From NCBI GenBank assembly GCA_038207335.1, contig JBBQZX010000007.1, forward strand, positions 64,001 to 128,000: a DNA stretch of 64,000 bases. Reading direction: 5' to 3'. Position numbers and translations under genes: made by a program. This document shows, one piece after another, positions 21,012 to 33,000 of this stretch. The stretch comes from Chthoniobacterales bacterium. GTDB taxonomy: Bacteria; Verrucomicrobiota; Verrucomicrobiia; Chthoniobacterales; Chthoniobacteraceae. Under the pieces are notes generated by a model. The model had not been told where the DNA came from and searched no databases. It was given only the letters and a program-made list of their open reading frames with translations. The stretch's first letter is position 1; each line of letters starts with the position of its first letter.

Positions 21012-21380
21012 ATGAACGCCCGCCTCCTTTTCGCGATTTTTCTCGGACTCGTATTTTGCAATCTCTCGGTCGCCGCCGATCCGGAGCCGGCCACCGCGGC
21101 TACTGTCGATTACCTAATCCAGCACGTCGCGGAGTCGAAACTTATCTTCATCCGAAATGGCAGCGAGCATGACGCGGGGGAGGCGGCAAAGCTGATGCAG
21201 CGGAAATACAATTACGTGAAGAGTTCGGTGAAAACGACGGAGGATTTCATCCGCTTGGCGGGCACGGAGAGCCACCTTTCCGGCAAGCCGTATCTCGTCA
21301 AAATGCCGGACGGGAAGACGATTCCTAGCGCGCAGTGGCTCGGCTCGGCGCTCCGGGAATATCGCGCGAAATCGAAGTAG
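21012..21380 (+). CDS. DUF5329 (YfeK-like) secreted protein
   Basis: Signal peptide; FIRNGSEH...A...MQRKY, TTEDFI...T.S..SGKPY. Confidence 0.75.
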   Translation: MNARLLFAIFLGLVFCNLSVAADPEPATAATVDYLIQHVAESKLIFIRNGSEHDAGEAAKLMQRKYNYVKSSVKTTEDFIRLAGTESHLSGKPYLVKMPDGKTIPSAQWLGSALREYRAKSK

Positions 21381-21381
21381 G

Positions 21382-23067
21382 CTACCGCACCGGGTCGCGG
21401 GGAAATTTCACGTAGGGCAGGCGTGCGCCGCGATAGATGTAATTGTCAGCACGAACGTTTTCGTTCGGCAAAAAGCCCACGCTGCCGCTGGTGGAGATGA
21501 TGTCGTCTTGATCGACACCGTCGCCGGAAACGCCGACTGCGCCGATGAGTTGGCCATTACGATACAGCGGGAAACCGCCGGGGAAGATGGTGATGCCGTT
21601 CGGCAGGTTCGGATTGCCGGGAAAGCCACCGCCGGGGGCCTGCCGGAGAGTGACGGCTTCTTGAAATCCGAAGTACGGTCCGTGCGAGCGTCCATCGAGC
21701 CCCGGAGGAAAATAGCGCTGCGCGAGGAAGCCGACCGTGCGAGTGGACTCAGCGAGTTGGCGATTTGAAAAGAAGACTGCGGTGCGCGCCTTTTGCACGG
21801 CGACATCCCAGGAAAAATTTGTGGGTTCGCCCGCGCCAAAGACGCCGAGGATCGCCGGTGGCTCTCCAGCTTTTTGCGGATTATTGACGACCGTGATGAA
21901 GACATTCGCACTCAGTCCGATCGGCAAGCGGATGCCGGCACGTGTGATGGCTGCGCGTTCGGCTGCCTGGCGGATGATGCGCTCGACATCGCTTTTTTTC
22001 AGCCGCTCGGCACCACCGATTTTGCCCCGAACAGGGTCGTCTCTCAGCGGGTCGTCCCGAAAAGGAAAACGCACTTTTCCACCCACGCCATAGTCTCGCG
22101 TTTCGTAAGGATATTCCGCGGGCGATGCCTGCGGAGCTCCGCTTGCAAAGGCTCCGGAGCCGATGGGCACGTCGATCGGGTTGCCGTCCGATGACAAATC
22201 CGCGCGGCTGTCAGTATCCTGAATGTCCTCGAGACGCTGCGCGACATACGGCAAACGGATGCCGTTGATGAGGACGTTGGTCGCGACGATTTCGTCGCTG
22301 GGGCGAAAGTTCGTCTGCCCCGCCAGGGCGACCATTTCATCGTGATCGCTGCCTACTTTATATCCCGTGCTCGCATCCCGCTGAGTCTCGCGGAAAAAGA
22401 TCGCGCCTGCGGGAGTGAGGTCGGTCGGCGAACCATCGCCCGTGACGCCGATACCGCCGACGAGTTGGCCGTTTTTATAGAGCGGCACGCCACCCGGCGA
22501 GTCGTTCAGGGAGGTGAGTGGAAATAAAGGCGCGCGCACGCCGGGTGACGTAGTCGGCGGAACGGGCGCAGTGCCGTCGAAGCCGGGAGGGATGAGCTTC
22601 ACACGATTAACGTCGCTGTAAAAAAGGCTGGAAAAGCCGACACCGACGAGCGGGCCGGGCGAGGTATTGCGCACGCCCACAGGGAAATGCTGCTGGATGA
22701 TGAACCCGGCCGTGCGCGAGGTGAACGCTTCGTGGTTGCTACTCAAAAATGCAGCCGTGCTCGCCCGCGTGATCGCGCCCGCGACGAGGCTGTAGAGTTT
22801 CAGCGTGGGCTTCGTGAGTGCGAATGGAGGAAGGGGATTTTGCAGGTGCCCTTTCACATCCCAAAGCGCGAGCAGGAATCCGTCGCGATCGGTGATCGCA
22901 ATGATCGCGTTCGGATCCTCGCTTCGCGCCTTGTGCACAGCTTGCGCCAAAATTTGCGCCACATCGCCTTGGGTCAGTTGCGCGGTTTCCGCTCGGGCAT
23001 TTCCAGTCAGGGCTGTCAAGGCCAGCGCGAGGATGACCGGGATTCGACACGGGTTATTCGGCTTCAC
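21382..23067 (-). CDS. Secreted protein with two GlcG/HbpS-type heme-binding domains
   Basis: Signal peptide; two copies of GG.PLY.NGQL.G..GV.GDG; IAITDRDG and AVQKARTA motifs; GTG start at 23067 preferred. Confidence 0.8.
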   Translation of the reverse strand: MKPNNPCRIPVILALALTALTGNARAETAQLTQGDVAQILAQAVHKARSEDPNAIIAITDRDGFLLALWDVKGHLQNPLPPFALTKPTLKLYSLVAGAITRASTAAFLSSNHEAFTSRTAGFIIQQHFPVGVRNTSPGPLVGVGFSSLFYSDVNRVKLIPPGFDGTAPVPPTTSPGVRAPLFPLTSLNDSPGGVPLYKNGQLVGGIGVTGDGSPTDLTPAGAIFFRETQRDASTGYKVGSDHDEMVALAGQTNFRPSDEIVATNVLINGIRLPYVAQRLEDIQDTDSRADLSSDGNPIDVPIGSGAFASGAPQASPAEYPYETRDYGVGGKVRFPFRDDPLRDDPVRGKIGGAERLKKSDVERIIRQAAERAAITRAGIRLPIGLSANVFITVVNNPQKAGEPPAILGVFGAGEPTNFSWDVAVQKARTAVFFSNRQLAESTRTVGFLAQRYFPPGLDGRSHGPYFGFQEAVTLRQAPGGGFPGNPNLPNGITIFPGGFPLYRNGQLIGAVGVSGDGVDQDDIISTSGSVGFLPNENVRADNYIYRGARLPYVKFPRDPVR

Positions 23068-23195
23068 GAGGGGCAGAAATAGCACGCTTAATTCGAACAG
23101 CAATCCTCAAGCGCAGCCGATCGCTTTTTGCGGATTCACGACAAATTGCGTTGCTGTTCTCAACGACTTCAGCCTATCACCTGCGCGTGCGAAAA

Positions 23196-25580
23196 ATGGT
23201 TGCCAATACGCATCCCGGCTCGAAGCGACTGCCGTCCACGCGCTGTCTTGTCGCTGGGATCGCCTCCCTGTTCGTCGTGACCACGGCACGAGCCGAGGAG
23301 TCGCATCCCAAGTTCAAGAGCGGCATGCCGCTCCTGCGGCCTGTCTCCACGAGGCACGAATCCGTACCGCCCAAGTCCCCCTCGCAATTCAACCCCGACC
23401 CCGGCGGAGACCGCGAACCGGCCCCCGAACCAAATCCGGAGCCGCGCGACGTGCTTTTTCCCGATGAGCCCGTGCATCCCGCCTTTGGCTCCGAGTCGCT
23501 TCCGTACGGGTTAAAATTACCCAGGCGCGGGGTCTTCGGACCGCACCCGATCAATAAAGTCTGGGAATATCCGCAGTATCCGCTCGGTCGCGAAGGGCTC
23601 GGCGTGCTGCCTTACGCAAAGACCGCACCAAACCGCTGGTTCTTGAATTTTCCCCACTGGACGCGCTACCGCGATCCGACTCACGAGACGCCTTACCAAT
23701 ACGACACTCCGGCGCTCTGGCATCCTTATCGGCAGAGCACATTGAAAGGTGACGTGCCAATCATCGGCGAGGACATCTTCCTGAATCTCACAGCGAAAAA
23801 CTTTTCGCTTTATGAATACCGCAAGCTCCCCGTGCCGAGCGGAGTCAGCACCGCACAGCCGAACAGCTTCGATTTTTTCGGCCGCAGTCAGCAGCAGTTC
23901 ATCTCGAACGACACGTCGATCGCATTCGATATTTTTGAGGGCGAGACGGCCTTCAAGCCTGTCCACTGGCTCATTCGCGCCCTGGCTGTTTACAATCAAA
24001 ACTGGATCACGGTCCGCGAAAATGGCCTCGTCGATCCGGACCCGCGTGGTGCGGGTTTCAATGACAATCGCCGTCCGCCGAACACGAGCAAAATCCAAGC
24101 GATCGGCACCGATGGCAGGAACGTGAATCCGAAAGATGGATTTCCGGCGAACTTTACGAAGACGATAAATCCCGGCGACGCCTTTAATTACATCGCCCCG
24201 CAACTGACGCCCACCGGCAATGCGAAGACGCTCGTGAAAGTCGATCCCGAGACCAATGAGGTCCGCGACCCAAAGAAGGCGAGAAAGGAAGACCAAAAGA
24301 GCGATGGGAAAAACGGACGCAAAGACCTCGCTGGCACACGCTACACCACCCGACACCGCGACTTCTTTGCGCTGCAGGAGGCATTTGCGGAGATTCACAT
24401 CAGCGACCTATCCGACAACTACGACTTCATCTCATCGCGCTGGGGCATCCAGCCTTTCGTCAGCGACTTCCGTGGCTTCATCTTTGCAGATACGAATCTC
24501 GGCGCGCGAATTTTTGGAAACCTCGATAACAATCGAATCCAATATAACCTCGCCTACTTCAATCAGCGCGAGAAGGACACTTACTCCGACCTCAACACTT
24601 TCGAGTCACGGCATCAGGACATTATCATCGCGAATGTCTTTCGACAGGATGCGCTCTGGCACGGTTACACAGCAGAACTGAGCTTTCTCGCGAACTTCGA
24701 CGACGGCGGGACTCACTACGACAAGAATGGCTTTCTCACGCGCCCATCGCCCTTCGGCACGGTGCAGGACGACGGCGATTTCAGCGGGCGCGCAGGTGGG
24801 GTGAAAGGCCACGAGGTCAAATCGTTCTACTTTGGCTGGACGGGCGACGGACACATCGGGCGGCTGAACATCACGCACGCCTTTTACGAGGTGCTCGGGG
24901 AAGACACCTTCAATGGCCTCGCAGGTCGAAAGGTGGCCATCAATGCACAGATGGCCGCGCTCGAACTGAGCTACGATCGCGATTGGTATCGGCTGAAGCT
25001 CTCGGGCTTCTACGCCAGCGGCGATAGCAACCCAAACAACCGTACCGCGACAGGGTTTGACACGATCCTCGACAACCCGTCTTTCGTCGGCGGGCCTTTC
25101 AGTTGGTACGTGCATGAAGGGATCAACCTCGGCGGCACATCGGTAGGTCTCAAGCAGCGCGACTCCCTCGTGCCGAACCTGCGCACGAGCAAGACGGAAG
25201 GTCAGTCGAACTTTGTGAACCCTGGCGTTTACATCCTCGGCATCGGGAGCGACATCGATGTTACTCCAAAGCTCAAGGCATTCGCGAATCTCAACTACAT
25301 CTGGCTCGCGCAGACTAAGCCAATCGAAGTCGCGCTGCAGACCAACAAGGCGCGTAGTGATCTAGGTCTCGATGCAAGCCTGGGAGTCAAATACCGGCCT
25401 TTGCTCACGGACAATATCATCCTCTCCGCGGGCGTCGGTTTCTTTGTTCCCGGCGGTGGATACAAAGACATCTATCGACGCAACACGGAGCGCGTCCACG
25501 GTCTCGGCCCGCAGGATCAGGAAGGAAAAACCGATAGCTTTCTCTACAACGCGTTCGTGACGCTGACCTTCGTTTATTGA
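23196..25580 (+). CDS. Probable outer-membrane beta-barrel protein
   Basis: Signal peptide ending ARA, Pro-rich linker, alternating aromatic beta-strands, C-terminal VTLTFVY. Confidence 0.75.
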   Translation: MVANTHPGSKRLPSTRCLVAGIASLFVVTTARAEESHPKFKSGMPLLRPVSTRHESVPPKSPSQFNPDPGGDREPAPEPNPEPRDVLFPDEPVHPAFGSESLPYGLKLPRRGVFGPHPINKVWEYPQYPLGREGLGVLPYAKTAPNRWFLNFPHWTRYRDPTHETPYQYDTPALWHPYRQSTLKGDVPIIGEDIFLNLTAKNFSLYEYRKLPVPSGVSTAQPNSFDFFGRSQQQFISNDTSIAFDIFEGETAFKPVHWLIRALAVYNQNWITVRENGLVDPDPRGAGFNDNRRPPNTSKIQAIGTDGRNVNPKDGFPANFTKTINPGDAFNYIAPQLTPTGNAKTLVKVDPETNEVRDPKKARKEDQKSDGKNGRKDLAGTRYTTRHRDFFALQEAFAEIHISDLSDNYDFISSRWGIQPFVSDFRGFIFADTNLGARIFGNLDNNRIQYNLAYFNQREKDTYSDLNTFESRHQDIIIANVFRQDALWHGYTAELSFLANFDDGGTHYDKNGFLTRPSPFGTVQDDGDFSGRAGGVKGHEVKSFYFGWTGDGHIGRLNITHAFYEVLGEDTFNGLAGRKVAINAQMAALELSYDRDWYRLKLSGFYASGDSNPNNRTATGFDTILDNPSFVGGPFSWYVHEGINLGGTSVGLKQRDSLVPNLRTSKTEGQSNFVNPGVYILGIGSDIDVTPKLKAFANLNYIWLAQTKPIEVALQTNKARSDLGLDASLGVKYRPLLTDNIILSAGVGFFVPGGGYKDIYRRNTERVHGLGPQDQEGKTDSFLYNAFVTLTFVY

Positions 25581-25604
25581 GCGGCGGCGCGTGACGGAAC
25601 GGGC

Positions 25605-28600
25605 CTAACCGGGATGCGCAACGCCGCAGGAGCAGCGGGCGGGGCTGGCGCTGCTTGATGCGGCGGGGTCGTAGTTGAGGTTGGGGCCTAACCAGCGCTC
25701 GACTTCCTGGAGGGTGATGCCTTTTCGAAGATGGTAATCGAGGGCTTGGTCGCGGTCGATTTTGCCAAGGCCAAAGTAGCGTGCTTGCGGATGGGCAAAG
25801 TAGAGGCCGCTGACGCTGGAGCCGGGCCACATCGCAAACGATTCGGTGATTTGGATTCCTGCGCTTTTCTCGACGTCGAGCACCTTCCAGAGCGTGCCTT
25901 TTTCGGTGTGGTCGGGGCACGCAGGGTATCCGGCGGCGGGGCGGATGCCTCGGTACTTCTCGGCGATCATCTCGTCGTGAGTGAGCGCTTCGGATTTTCC
26001 GTAGCCCCACTCGTCGCGCGCCCGTTTGTGAAGATATTCGGCAAACGCCTCGGCGAGCCGGTCGGCGAGCGCCTCGGCCATGATCGCGTTGTAGTCGTCG
26101 TGATCGGCTTTGAAGGCCTCGACCAATTTGCCCAGCCCGTGGCCGCTCGTGACGGCGAACGCGCCAATGTGATCGGGCAGCCCGGTCGATTTCGGCGCGA
26201 TGAAATCGCTCAGCGATTGGTCGGGTTCGCCGTCTTTCTTGGCGATTTGCTGGCGGAGAAAATGGAGAGTAGAGAGGACATCTGTGCGCGTTTCGTCGGT
26301 GTAGAGTTCGACATCGTCGCCCACTGAATTGGCGGGGAAAAAGCCGTACACGCCGCGTGGAGTGAGCAGGTTTTCGTCGATGATTTTCGCGAGGAGTTGT
26401 TGCGCGTCAGCGAAGAGTTTACGCGCTTCCTCGCCGTATTTTTCGTGCTCGAGGATTTTCGGATACACGCCGCGCAGTTCCCACGTGTGGAAAAATGGCG
26501 ACCAATCGATGCACTCAGCGATCTCGGCGAGCGTGGGCGAACTATCCAACACTTGGGCACCAGTGAATTCCGGCTGCGGCAGATCCTCAGCGCGCCACTC
26601 GATCCGCGTGCGTTTTTCGCGCGCGGTTTCGAGCGGGATGAGCTGCTGCTTCGTCCCGGCGTGCGCGGCGCGGGCGCGATTTTGCTCGTCGAGATTTCGC
26701 GCCGCGAATCCCGCGCGTTGCTCGGGGCTGATGAGCGAACTCACCACCGGCACGGCACGCGATGCGTCAAGCACATGCACGACAGACTGCGAAAATCCGG
26801 GCGCGATTTTCACCGCGGTGTGCGCCTTGGAAGTCGTCGCGCCACCGATCAGAAGCGGCTGCTTCATGCCGAGCCGCTCCATCTCGCGGGCGACATGGAC
26901 CATCTCGTCGAGCGACGGCGTGATGAGCCCGGAGAGTCCGATCACATCTACGTTCAGCTCACGCGCGGTCTGCAAAATCTTGTCGCATGGCACCATCACA
27001 CCGAGGTCGATCACCTCGTAGTTGTTACACCCGAGCACGACTCCGACGATGTTTTTGCCGATGTCATGCACATCGCCTTTCACCGTAGCCAAAAGCACTT
27101 TTCCCTGCGCGCGCACTTCGCCGCCGGCGGCGAGCGTCGCCGCTTTTTCCGCCTCCATGAACGGCAGCAAATACGCCACCGCGCGCTTCATCACGCGCGC
27201 AGATTTCACCACCTGCGGCAGGAACATTTTCCCCGCGCCGAAGAGGTCGCCGACGATGTTCATCCCGTCCATCAGCGGGCCCTCGATGAGCGCGAGAGGC
27301 CGCCCATACTTGATCCGCGCTTCCTCGGTATCCTCGACGACAAACGCGTCGATGCCTTTCACAAGCGCGTGCGAGAGTCGCTCCTCAACCGGCAGTTTCC
27401 GCCACGCGGACTCCTCAACCGCGACCTCGGTTTTATCGCGATGCTTCACCGTTTCGGCGAAAGTGACGAGCCGTTCCGTCGCGTCGGAACGCCGGTTCAG
27501 CAGCACGTCCTCAACGAGCTCGCGCAGTTCCGGCGCGATCTCCTCATACACCTCGAGCATCCCCGCATTCACGATGCCCATGTCGAGCCCCGCGCGGATC
27601 GCGTGATACAAAAACGCCGAGTGCATCGCCTCGCGCACGTGGTTATTCCCGCGGAAGCTGAACGAGATATTCGACACGCCCCCGCTCACTTTCGCGTGGG
27701 GCAGGTTCGCTTTGATCCAGCGCGTCGCCTCGATGAAATTGATCGCGTAATTCACATGCTCTTCGAGGCCGGTCGCGACCGTGAGGATGTTCGGATCGAA
27801 GATGATGTCCTGCGGCGGAAAGCCGACCTTTTCCACGAGCAGCCGGTAGCTCCGCTCGCAGATTTCGCACTTCCGCTCGAGCGTGTCCGCCTGCCCTTTT
27901 TCGTCGAACGCCATGACGACGACCGCCGCGCCGTAGCGCCGCACGAGCCGCGCGTAGTGCAGAAATTTCTCCTCGCCCTCCTTCAGCGAAATCGAGTTCA
28001 CGATCCCCTTCCCCTGCACACATTTCAGCCCTGCCTCGATCACGCTCCACTTTGACGAGTCCACCATGATCGGCACGCGCGCGATCTCTGGCTCGGTCAT
28101 GATGTAATTCAAAAAGCGCGTCATCGCCGCCGCGCCGTCCAGCATCCCCTCGTCCATGTTCACGTCGATGATCTGCGCGCCGTTCTCAGCCTGGTGCCGC
28201 GCGATGCTCACCGCCTCCTCGTAGTTTCCCGCGAGGATCAGCTTCGCAAATTTCGGCGACCCCGTGACGTTCGCGCGCTCGCCGATATTGATGAAATTCG
28301 TCTCGGGCGTGAGCGTGAGCGCGTCATTGCCGCTCAGGCGCAGATACGGTTTAGCCTCCGGCACCACGCGCGGCGCGATGCCGCGGACGGCCTCGGCAAT
28401 TTTTTGAATGTGCGGCGGTGTCGTGCCGCAGCAGCCGCCGACGAGATTGAACATCCCCTCGCGCCCCCACTCCGCGAGTTGCGGCGCGAGCGATTCCGGC
28501 GTCTCGGGAAAGCCGGTCGGCAGCAGCGGATTCGGCAGTCCCGCGTTCGGATAAACGCTGACGTAGAGCGGCGCGAGCACGCTGAGTTCCTGGATCAGTG

Positions 28601-29420
28601 GGCGCATTTCCTCAGGACCGAGCGCGCAATTCATGCCGACGCTCAGCAGGGGGACGTGTGAGATCGAATTCCAAAACGCCTCGACGGTTTGGCCCGTCAC
28701 GCCGCGCGTGCCGCCTTTTTGGATGAAGGTCACGGACGCCATCAGGGGGATGATCTTTTTCCCGGGCTCAGGCGCGCGGCCGTAGGGCAAAGCAGTGATG
28801 CCGCGTTCCTCAAAGATTTGCTCGATCGCGAAGAACGCGGCCTTGGCGTTGAGCGTGTCGAAGATCGTCTCGACGAGCAGGACGTCCACGCCGCCGTCGA
28901 GCAGCGCGCGGACTTGTTCGCCGTACGCTTTTACCAGCTCGTCCCATGTCGTGCCGCGGGCGGAGGCGTCATTGGTGTCGGTGGAAAATGAGGACGTTTT
29001 TGTCGTCGGGCCGATCGCTCCGGCGACGAAACATTTGCGAGCCGGCTGCGCAGCCATCACTTCTTCCGCCGCCCGCCGCGCACACTCCGCACCGGCGCGC
29101 GACAGCTCATACGCGAGATCGCCCATGCCGTAGTCGCCGAGCGAGATGAACTGGCCGTTGAACGTATTCGTCTCCACCAAATCCGCTCCCGCCTCGAGAT
29201 AGCGCCGGTGGATTTCCTGGATGATCTGCGGCTGCGTGAGGTTCAGTAGCTCGTTGTTGCCCTTGAGGTCCTTGCCTTTCCAATCACGAAACCGCTCCCC
29301 GCGAAACTGCTCCTCCGTCAGTTTGTACTGCTGGATCGTCGTCCCCATCGCGCCGTCGATGATGACGATGCGCTGCTGCAACAATTCGGCGAGCGGATGC
29401 ATGAAAAGAGTCTCGGGCAT
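25605..29420 (-). CDS. metH: B12-dependent methionine synthase
   Basis: [61 protein letters not shown]; start at 29420 or 29402. Confidence 0.98.
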   Translation of the reverse strand: MPETLFMHPLAELLQQRIVIIDGAMGTTIQQYKLTEEQFRGERFRDWKGKDLKGNNELLNLTQPQIIQEIHRRYLEAGADLVETNTFNGQFISLGDYGMGDLAYELSRAGAECARRAAEEVMAAQPARKCFVAGAIGPTTKTSSFSTDTNDASARGTTWDELVKAYGEQVRALLDGGVDVLLVETIFDTLNAKAAFFAIEQIFEERGITALPYGRAPEPGKKIIPLMASVTFIQKGGTRGVTGQTVEAFWNSISHVPLLSVGMNCALGPEEMRPLIQELSVLAPLYVSVYPNAGLPNPLLPTGFPETPESLAPQLAEWGREGMFNLVGGCCGTTPPHIQKIAEAVRGIAPRVVPEAKPYLRLSGNDALTLTPETNFINIGERANVTGSPKFAKLILAGNYEEAVSIARHQAENGAQIIDVNMDEGMLDGAAAMTRFLNYIMTEPEIARVPIMVDSSKWSVIEAGLKCVQGKGIVNSISLKEGEEKFLHYARLVRRYGAAVVVMAFDEKGQADTLERKCEICERSYRLLVEKVGFPPQDIIFDPNILTVATGLEEHVNYAINFIEATRWIKANLPHAKVSGGVSNISFSFRGNNHVREAMHSAFLYHAIRAGLDMGIVNAGMLEVYEEIAPELRELVEDVLLNRRSDATERLVTFAETVKHRDKTEVAVEESAWRKLPVEERLSHALVKGIDAFVVEDTEEARIKYGRPLALIEGPLMDGMNIVGDLFGAGKMFLPQVVKSARVMKRAVAYLLPFMEAEKAATLAAGGEVRAQGKVLLATVKGDVHDIGKNIVGVVLGCNNYEVIDLGVMVPCDKILQTARELNVDVIGLSGLITPSLDEMVHVAREMERLGMKQPLLIGGATTSKAHTAVKIAPGFSQSVVHVLDASRAVPVVSSLISPEQRAGFAARNLDEQNRARAAHAGTKQQLIPLETAREKRTRIEWRAEDLPQPEFTGAQVLDSSPTLAEIAECIDWSPFFHTWELRGVYPKILEHEKYGEEARKLFADAQQLLAKIIDENLLTPRGVYGFFPANSVGDDVELYTDETRTDVLSTLHFLRQQIAKKDGEPDQSLSDFIAPKSTGLPDHIGAFAVTSGHGLGKLVEAFKADHDDYNAIMAEALADRLAEAFAEYLHKRARDEWGYGKSEALTHDEMIAEKYRGIRPAAGYPACPDHTEKGTLWKVLDVEKSAGIQITESFAMWPGSSVSGLYFAHPQARYFGLGKIDRDQALDYHLRKGITLQEVERWLGPNLNYDPAASSSASPARCSCGVAHPG

Positions 29421-29464
29421 GACGCTCGCAATCTCTGCCGAGACGCGATTTTCCTCAAGAAACA

Positions 29465-29498
29465 AATGAACGCATCACGATGGGATGATGCGTTCATT
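29465..29498. promoter_or_regulatory. 13-bp perfect inverted repeat upstream of metH (operator or terminator)
   Basis: AATGAACGCATCA-N8-TGATGCGTTCATT; followed by TGTTTCTT on the minus strand. Confidence 0.6.
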
Positions 29499-29568
29499 AA
29501 ACTAATACGAGCCGGGACGCCCTCATCGTTGTCTTGATCTCGGGGCCGAAGGCGCCCAAGCACCGCAG

Positions 29569-30018
29569 CTACTTCTCGTAGCTCACGCGGTCGTCCACTT
29601 CGAGCCAGTCGAAGAGAGTGCTCTTCGCCGGGTCGATGCCGACGGATTTGCATTGCTCCGAAAACCATTCACGCTTTTCGGGATTTCCGTACGGGCTGGT
29701 CGCCTCGACTGAAGCGCTCCATTGCTCCACTTCCTCCGCCGTTTTCGGTGTTCCGCTTTTGTCGAGCCACGCGGCAAGATCGTCATTGGACGCGCCGCTC
29801 TCGACCTGAGCCTTGAAGTCGTCGCCATTCACGCCTTTGAAATCGAAGAGCATGTTATCTAGCGGACAGTCGTAGTGGTATTCGCCGATATTGCCTCCGA
29901 GGAGGGCACGGCATTTATCGGCGGTGCGGGCGAGAATCGCGTATCCGCCGGTGCGGACGCGAGGGCTGGTTGCTGGTTCTTTGGTGAGGTCTTTGCCGGT
30001 GATGGTTTGTGTGCTCAT
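29569..30018 (-). CDS. DUF5069 family protein
   Basis: DLTKEPATSPR...GGY..LAR..DKCRA...G.IGEYHYDCPLD...FDF.G...FD.LE.DD. Confidence 0.8.
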   Translation of the reverse strand: MSTQTITGKDLTKEPATSPRVRTGGYAILARTADKCRALLGGNIGEYHYDCPLDNMLFDFKGVNGDDFKAQVESGASNDDLAAWLDKSGTPKTAEEVEQWSASVEATSPYGNPEKREWFSEQCKSVGIDPAKSTLFDWLEVDDRVSYEK

Positions 30019-30091
30019 AGCGTTTTAAAGAGGTGGACAAACGATTCGTGCGCGAGCGACTGGCCGGTTGCCCCGTGGCCTCCTTCCCCTC

Positions 30092-33000
30092 TCAGGGCAG
30101 GATCACGGCGCGGTAAAATCGCATCGAGAGCGCCACCGCGCCCGGGTCGGTGATCGTCAGCGTCCCGCCCGTCCCGGCAAATTGATCGACGAGCGGCGCC
30201 CACGCGCCGCTCGCGAGCGAATCGCGCATTTCTAGGCGGTAGATTTTCCCGAGCACGCTCGGGAAGCTGATCGCCACATCGTTCACGGTCGTCGTGACAG
30301 ATCCGATCCGCATCGCGCTCGCGGAACTCTCAGGATCGGTGCCCGCGACGAACTCCTGAAAATTCGTCGTCCCATCGCCATCGCGATCGACTGCCGCGTC
30401 GTTGATTCCGGGATTCAGATGGTGCGCTGATTCGTAGATGTCGGGTATGCCGTCGCCGTCGGAGTCGGTCGTGGTCACGATGCGGGTCGTGGAAAAGGAC
30501 GACGTGTTTCCCGCGGGGCTCGTCGCGGTGGCGGTGATGAGTTGCCCGGCGGGAACGCTCGGCGCCAGCGGTGCGCTGAAGCTGGCGGTGCCCGAGCCAT
30601 TCGTATCGACGTCCATTCCGCCGAGGAAAACCGCTCCCTGACTTGTTCCCGGCGGGTTCGCGAAGAACTCGACACGGTAGATGCCAGCCGCCGCTGTGAG
30701 ATTTCCAGCCACCGTGGTCGTGAGTCCGAGCGTCGCGGAAGTCAGCGTCGGAGCGGCTTGAGAGGCGTTTGCGCTGCTGAAAAGTCCGATGCCGCCGCCG
30801 TTGTTCGCGTAGATCGAATTCGCGCGGATCGAGTTCTCGCTAGTCCCGGAATCGAAGAGCTGCACGCCACGCCCCGTGTTGCCGGCGACGATATTTCCGA
30901 GGCCGAGACCTTCGCCACCGATCGCGTTATTTTTCGGACCGCCGAAAAGCTGCACGCCCGCTTTATTGCCGATCGGCGCGGTCGCAGTCGCGTTCACCCC
31001 AATCGTGTTGCCTTGAATCGTGTTCAGATTCGTGCCCGTGCCGCTGAGTGAAATGCCTTCGCCGCCGTTGCCGGAGATCACGTTCCGCGCGCCGACGCCG
31101 CCCCCGATCTTGGTGAGCTGGGCACCGCTGTAGATGTCGATCCCCCGCCCTGTATTTCCGAGCGCGACGGTGCCGGTCGCATCGAGGCCGATGAAATTTC
31201 CCTGCACGAAATTTCCGTCCGTGCCCGCTTCAGAAATCGTCACGCCGCGATCGAGATTCGCGGAGATGACATTTCCCGCGCCGGGGACGACGCCGCCAAT
31301 CGAATTCGACGACGCGCCGGAAAAAATCGAGATGCCCGAAAAGGAGTTTGGCAACGCCGCCGTGCCGGCGAAGTCCGTGCCGATCTTGTTTCCAGCGATC
31401 ACATTTCCGGACGTGCCGACACTGCCGAGCGCGATGCCCTGGTTGCTGTTGCCGGAGATCAAATTTCCCGCGCCCGGCGCGACGCCACCGATCGTATTTC
31501 CCGATGCGCCGCTGAAGATGCCGATGCCAGCATACGCGTTGGGCCTCGCTGCAGTCCCGGCCGCATTCGTGCCAATGCGATTGCCCTGCACCGCGATCCC
31601 AGTCGCGCCGGAGTCGGCGAGATAAATGCCGTAACTCGCATTTCCCGAGATGACATTTCCCGCGCTCGCCACCGTGCCACCGATCGTCGCCGCCGTCGCG
31701 CCGCTGTAGATGCTCACGCCCGGCCCCATGTTTGGAGTCGCCGTTCCCGCCGCATTGAGGCCGATGACATTCCCCTGCAGAATCGTGCCGCCCGTCCCCG
31801 TGTCCGTGATCGCCACGCCCTCATTCGAGTTGCCCGCAATGACATTCCCCGCACCCGCCGCGGTGCCTCCGATGAGCGTCCCCTGCGCGCCGCCATAGAC
31901 CCCGATGCCCGCGTAGAAATTTGGCAGAGCGGTCATGCCTGCACTGTTGAGCCCGATGAAATTCCCACACACCACATTGCCCGTCGTTGCGGAGTCGTGG
32001 ATCGTGATACCGTACGAGCTGTTCCCCGAGATTACGTTGCGATCCGCTGGCGCGCTGCCGCCGATCGTGTTGCCGTGCGCGCCGCCGCTCACATCGATTC
32101 CGGAAAATGTATTCGCCACCGCCGAAGTGCCCGCCGCATCCGTCCCGATGAAGCACCCGCCCACGATATTTCCCGTCGCCGCCGGGCCGCTGATTGAAAT
32201 GCCAAATTGATTGAAAGCGTTGATCGCGAAACCTCTCACCGTGCAACTCGCCGCCCGCAGAACGAGGCCGTGCGAGTAGTTCGGTGCGACGATTTTCACC
32301 CCGCTCAAAATCACGCGCGGCAGGCTCGCCATGCCCGGCTGCGTCGTCGCGTCAATCGTCGTGCGGTCGCCCGGCGAGTAGGTCTGGGATGCGGGCTGCA
32401 TCGTCCATCGCCCGCTGGCGAATCCGAGATCGCTTGTCGGGATATTGAAAGTGACGGTTGTCGTCGCTGCGGGGAAATCGATCACGCGGTCGAACGCATA
32501 TTCCAGCGCAGTGCGCAGGCTGCCCGCGCCGCTTTCGCTCGTGTTCGTCACCACCGTTCCGGGTGAGATCGTGGGCACGCCATACATCAGCGCCATGCCT
32601 GCGCGGTCGAGCTTGCTGAGCGTACGGTCGGTCTCGCGTCCGATGATGTTCAAAAACGCGGTGTAAAGCGCGGTCGGCTCGATCGTGTCGCGCGCGGGGT
32701 CGTTGATCGCGGGATTCGGCGGCGGGCTCGTGTTCGTCGAAAGCGCGTTTCGCTCGTAGTGCATGACGGAGTAAAAATCGTAGCCACCCCGGTTCACCGA
32801 ATTCGTCAATTTCGTGAAATTTCCCGCCTGCCCTGTGGCGATATTTCCCGTGAGGATCGTGACGAACGTGTCTCGGTCGGTGCGCTGTTGCTCGTGCTGT
32901 AATCCGAGTGCGTGGCCGGTTTCGTGGCAAAGCGTGCCGTGGTTCCAGCTATTCGAGCCGATGTTGAGTTGCTGCGCGCCGCCGATCATTCCGACCGCGG

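Noticed and set aside
26397..28055. Long antisense ORFs (552 aa here; also 51352..52845, 57186..58769, 5544..6806)
   Set aside because: Shadows of metH, actB, pyc and recG, expected in high-GC DNA; no recognisable motifs
29421..29568. SAM or cobalamin riboswitch before metH
   Set aside because: No recognisable consensus; only the inverted repeat is visible
30700..32200. Possible CRISPR or tandem DNA repeat
   Set aside because: These are degenerate protein-coding beta-helix repeats, not identical repeats with spacers
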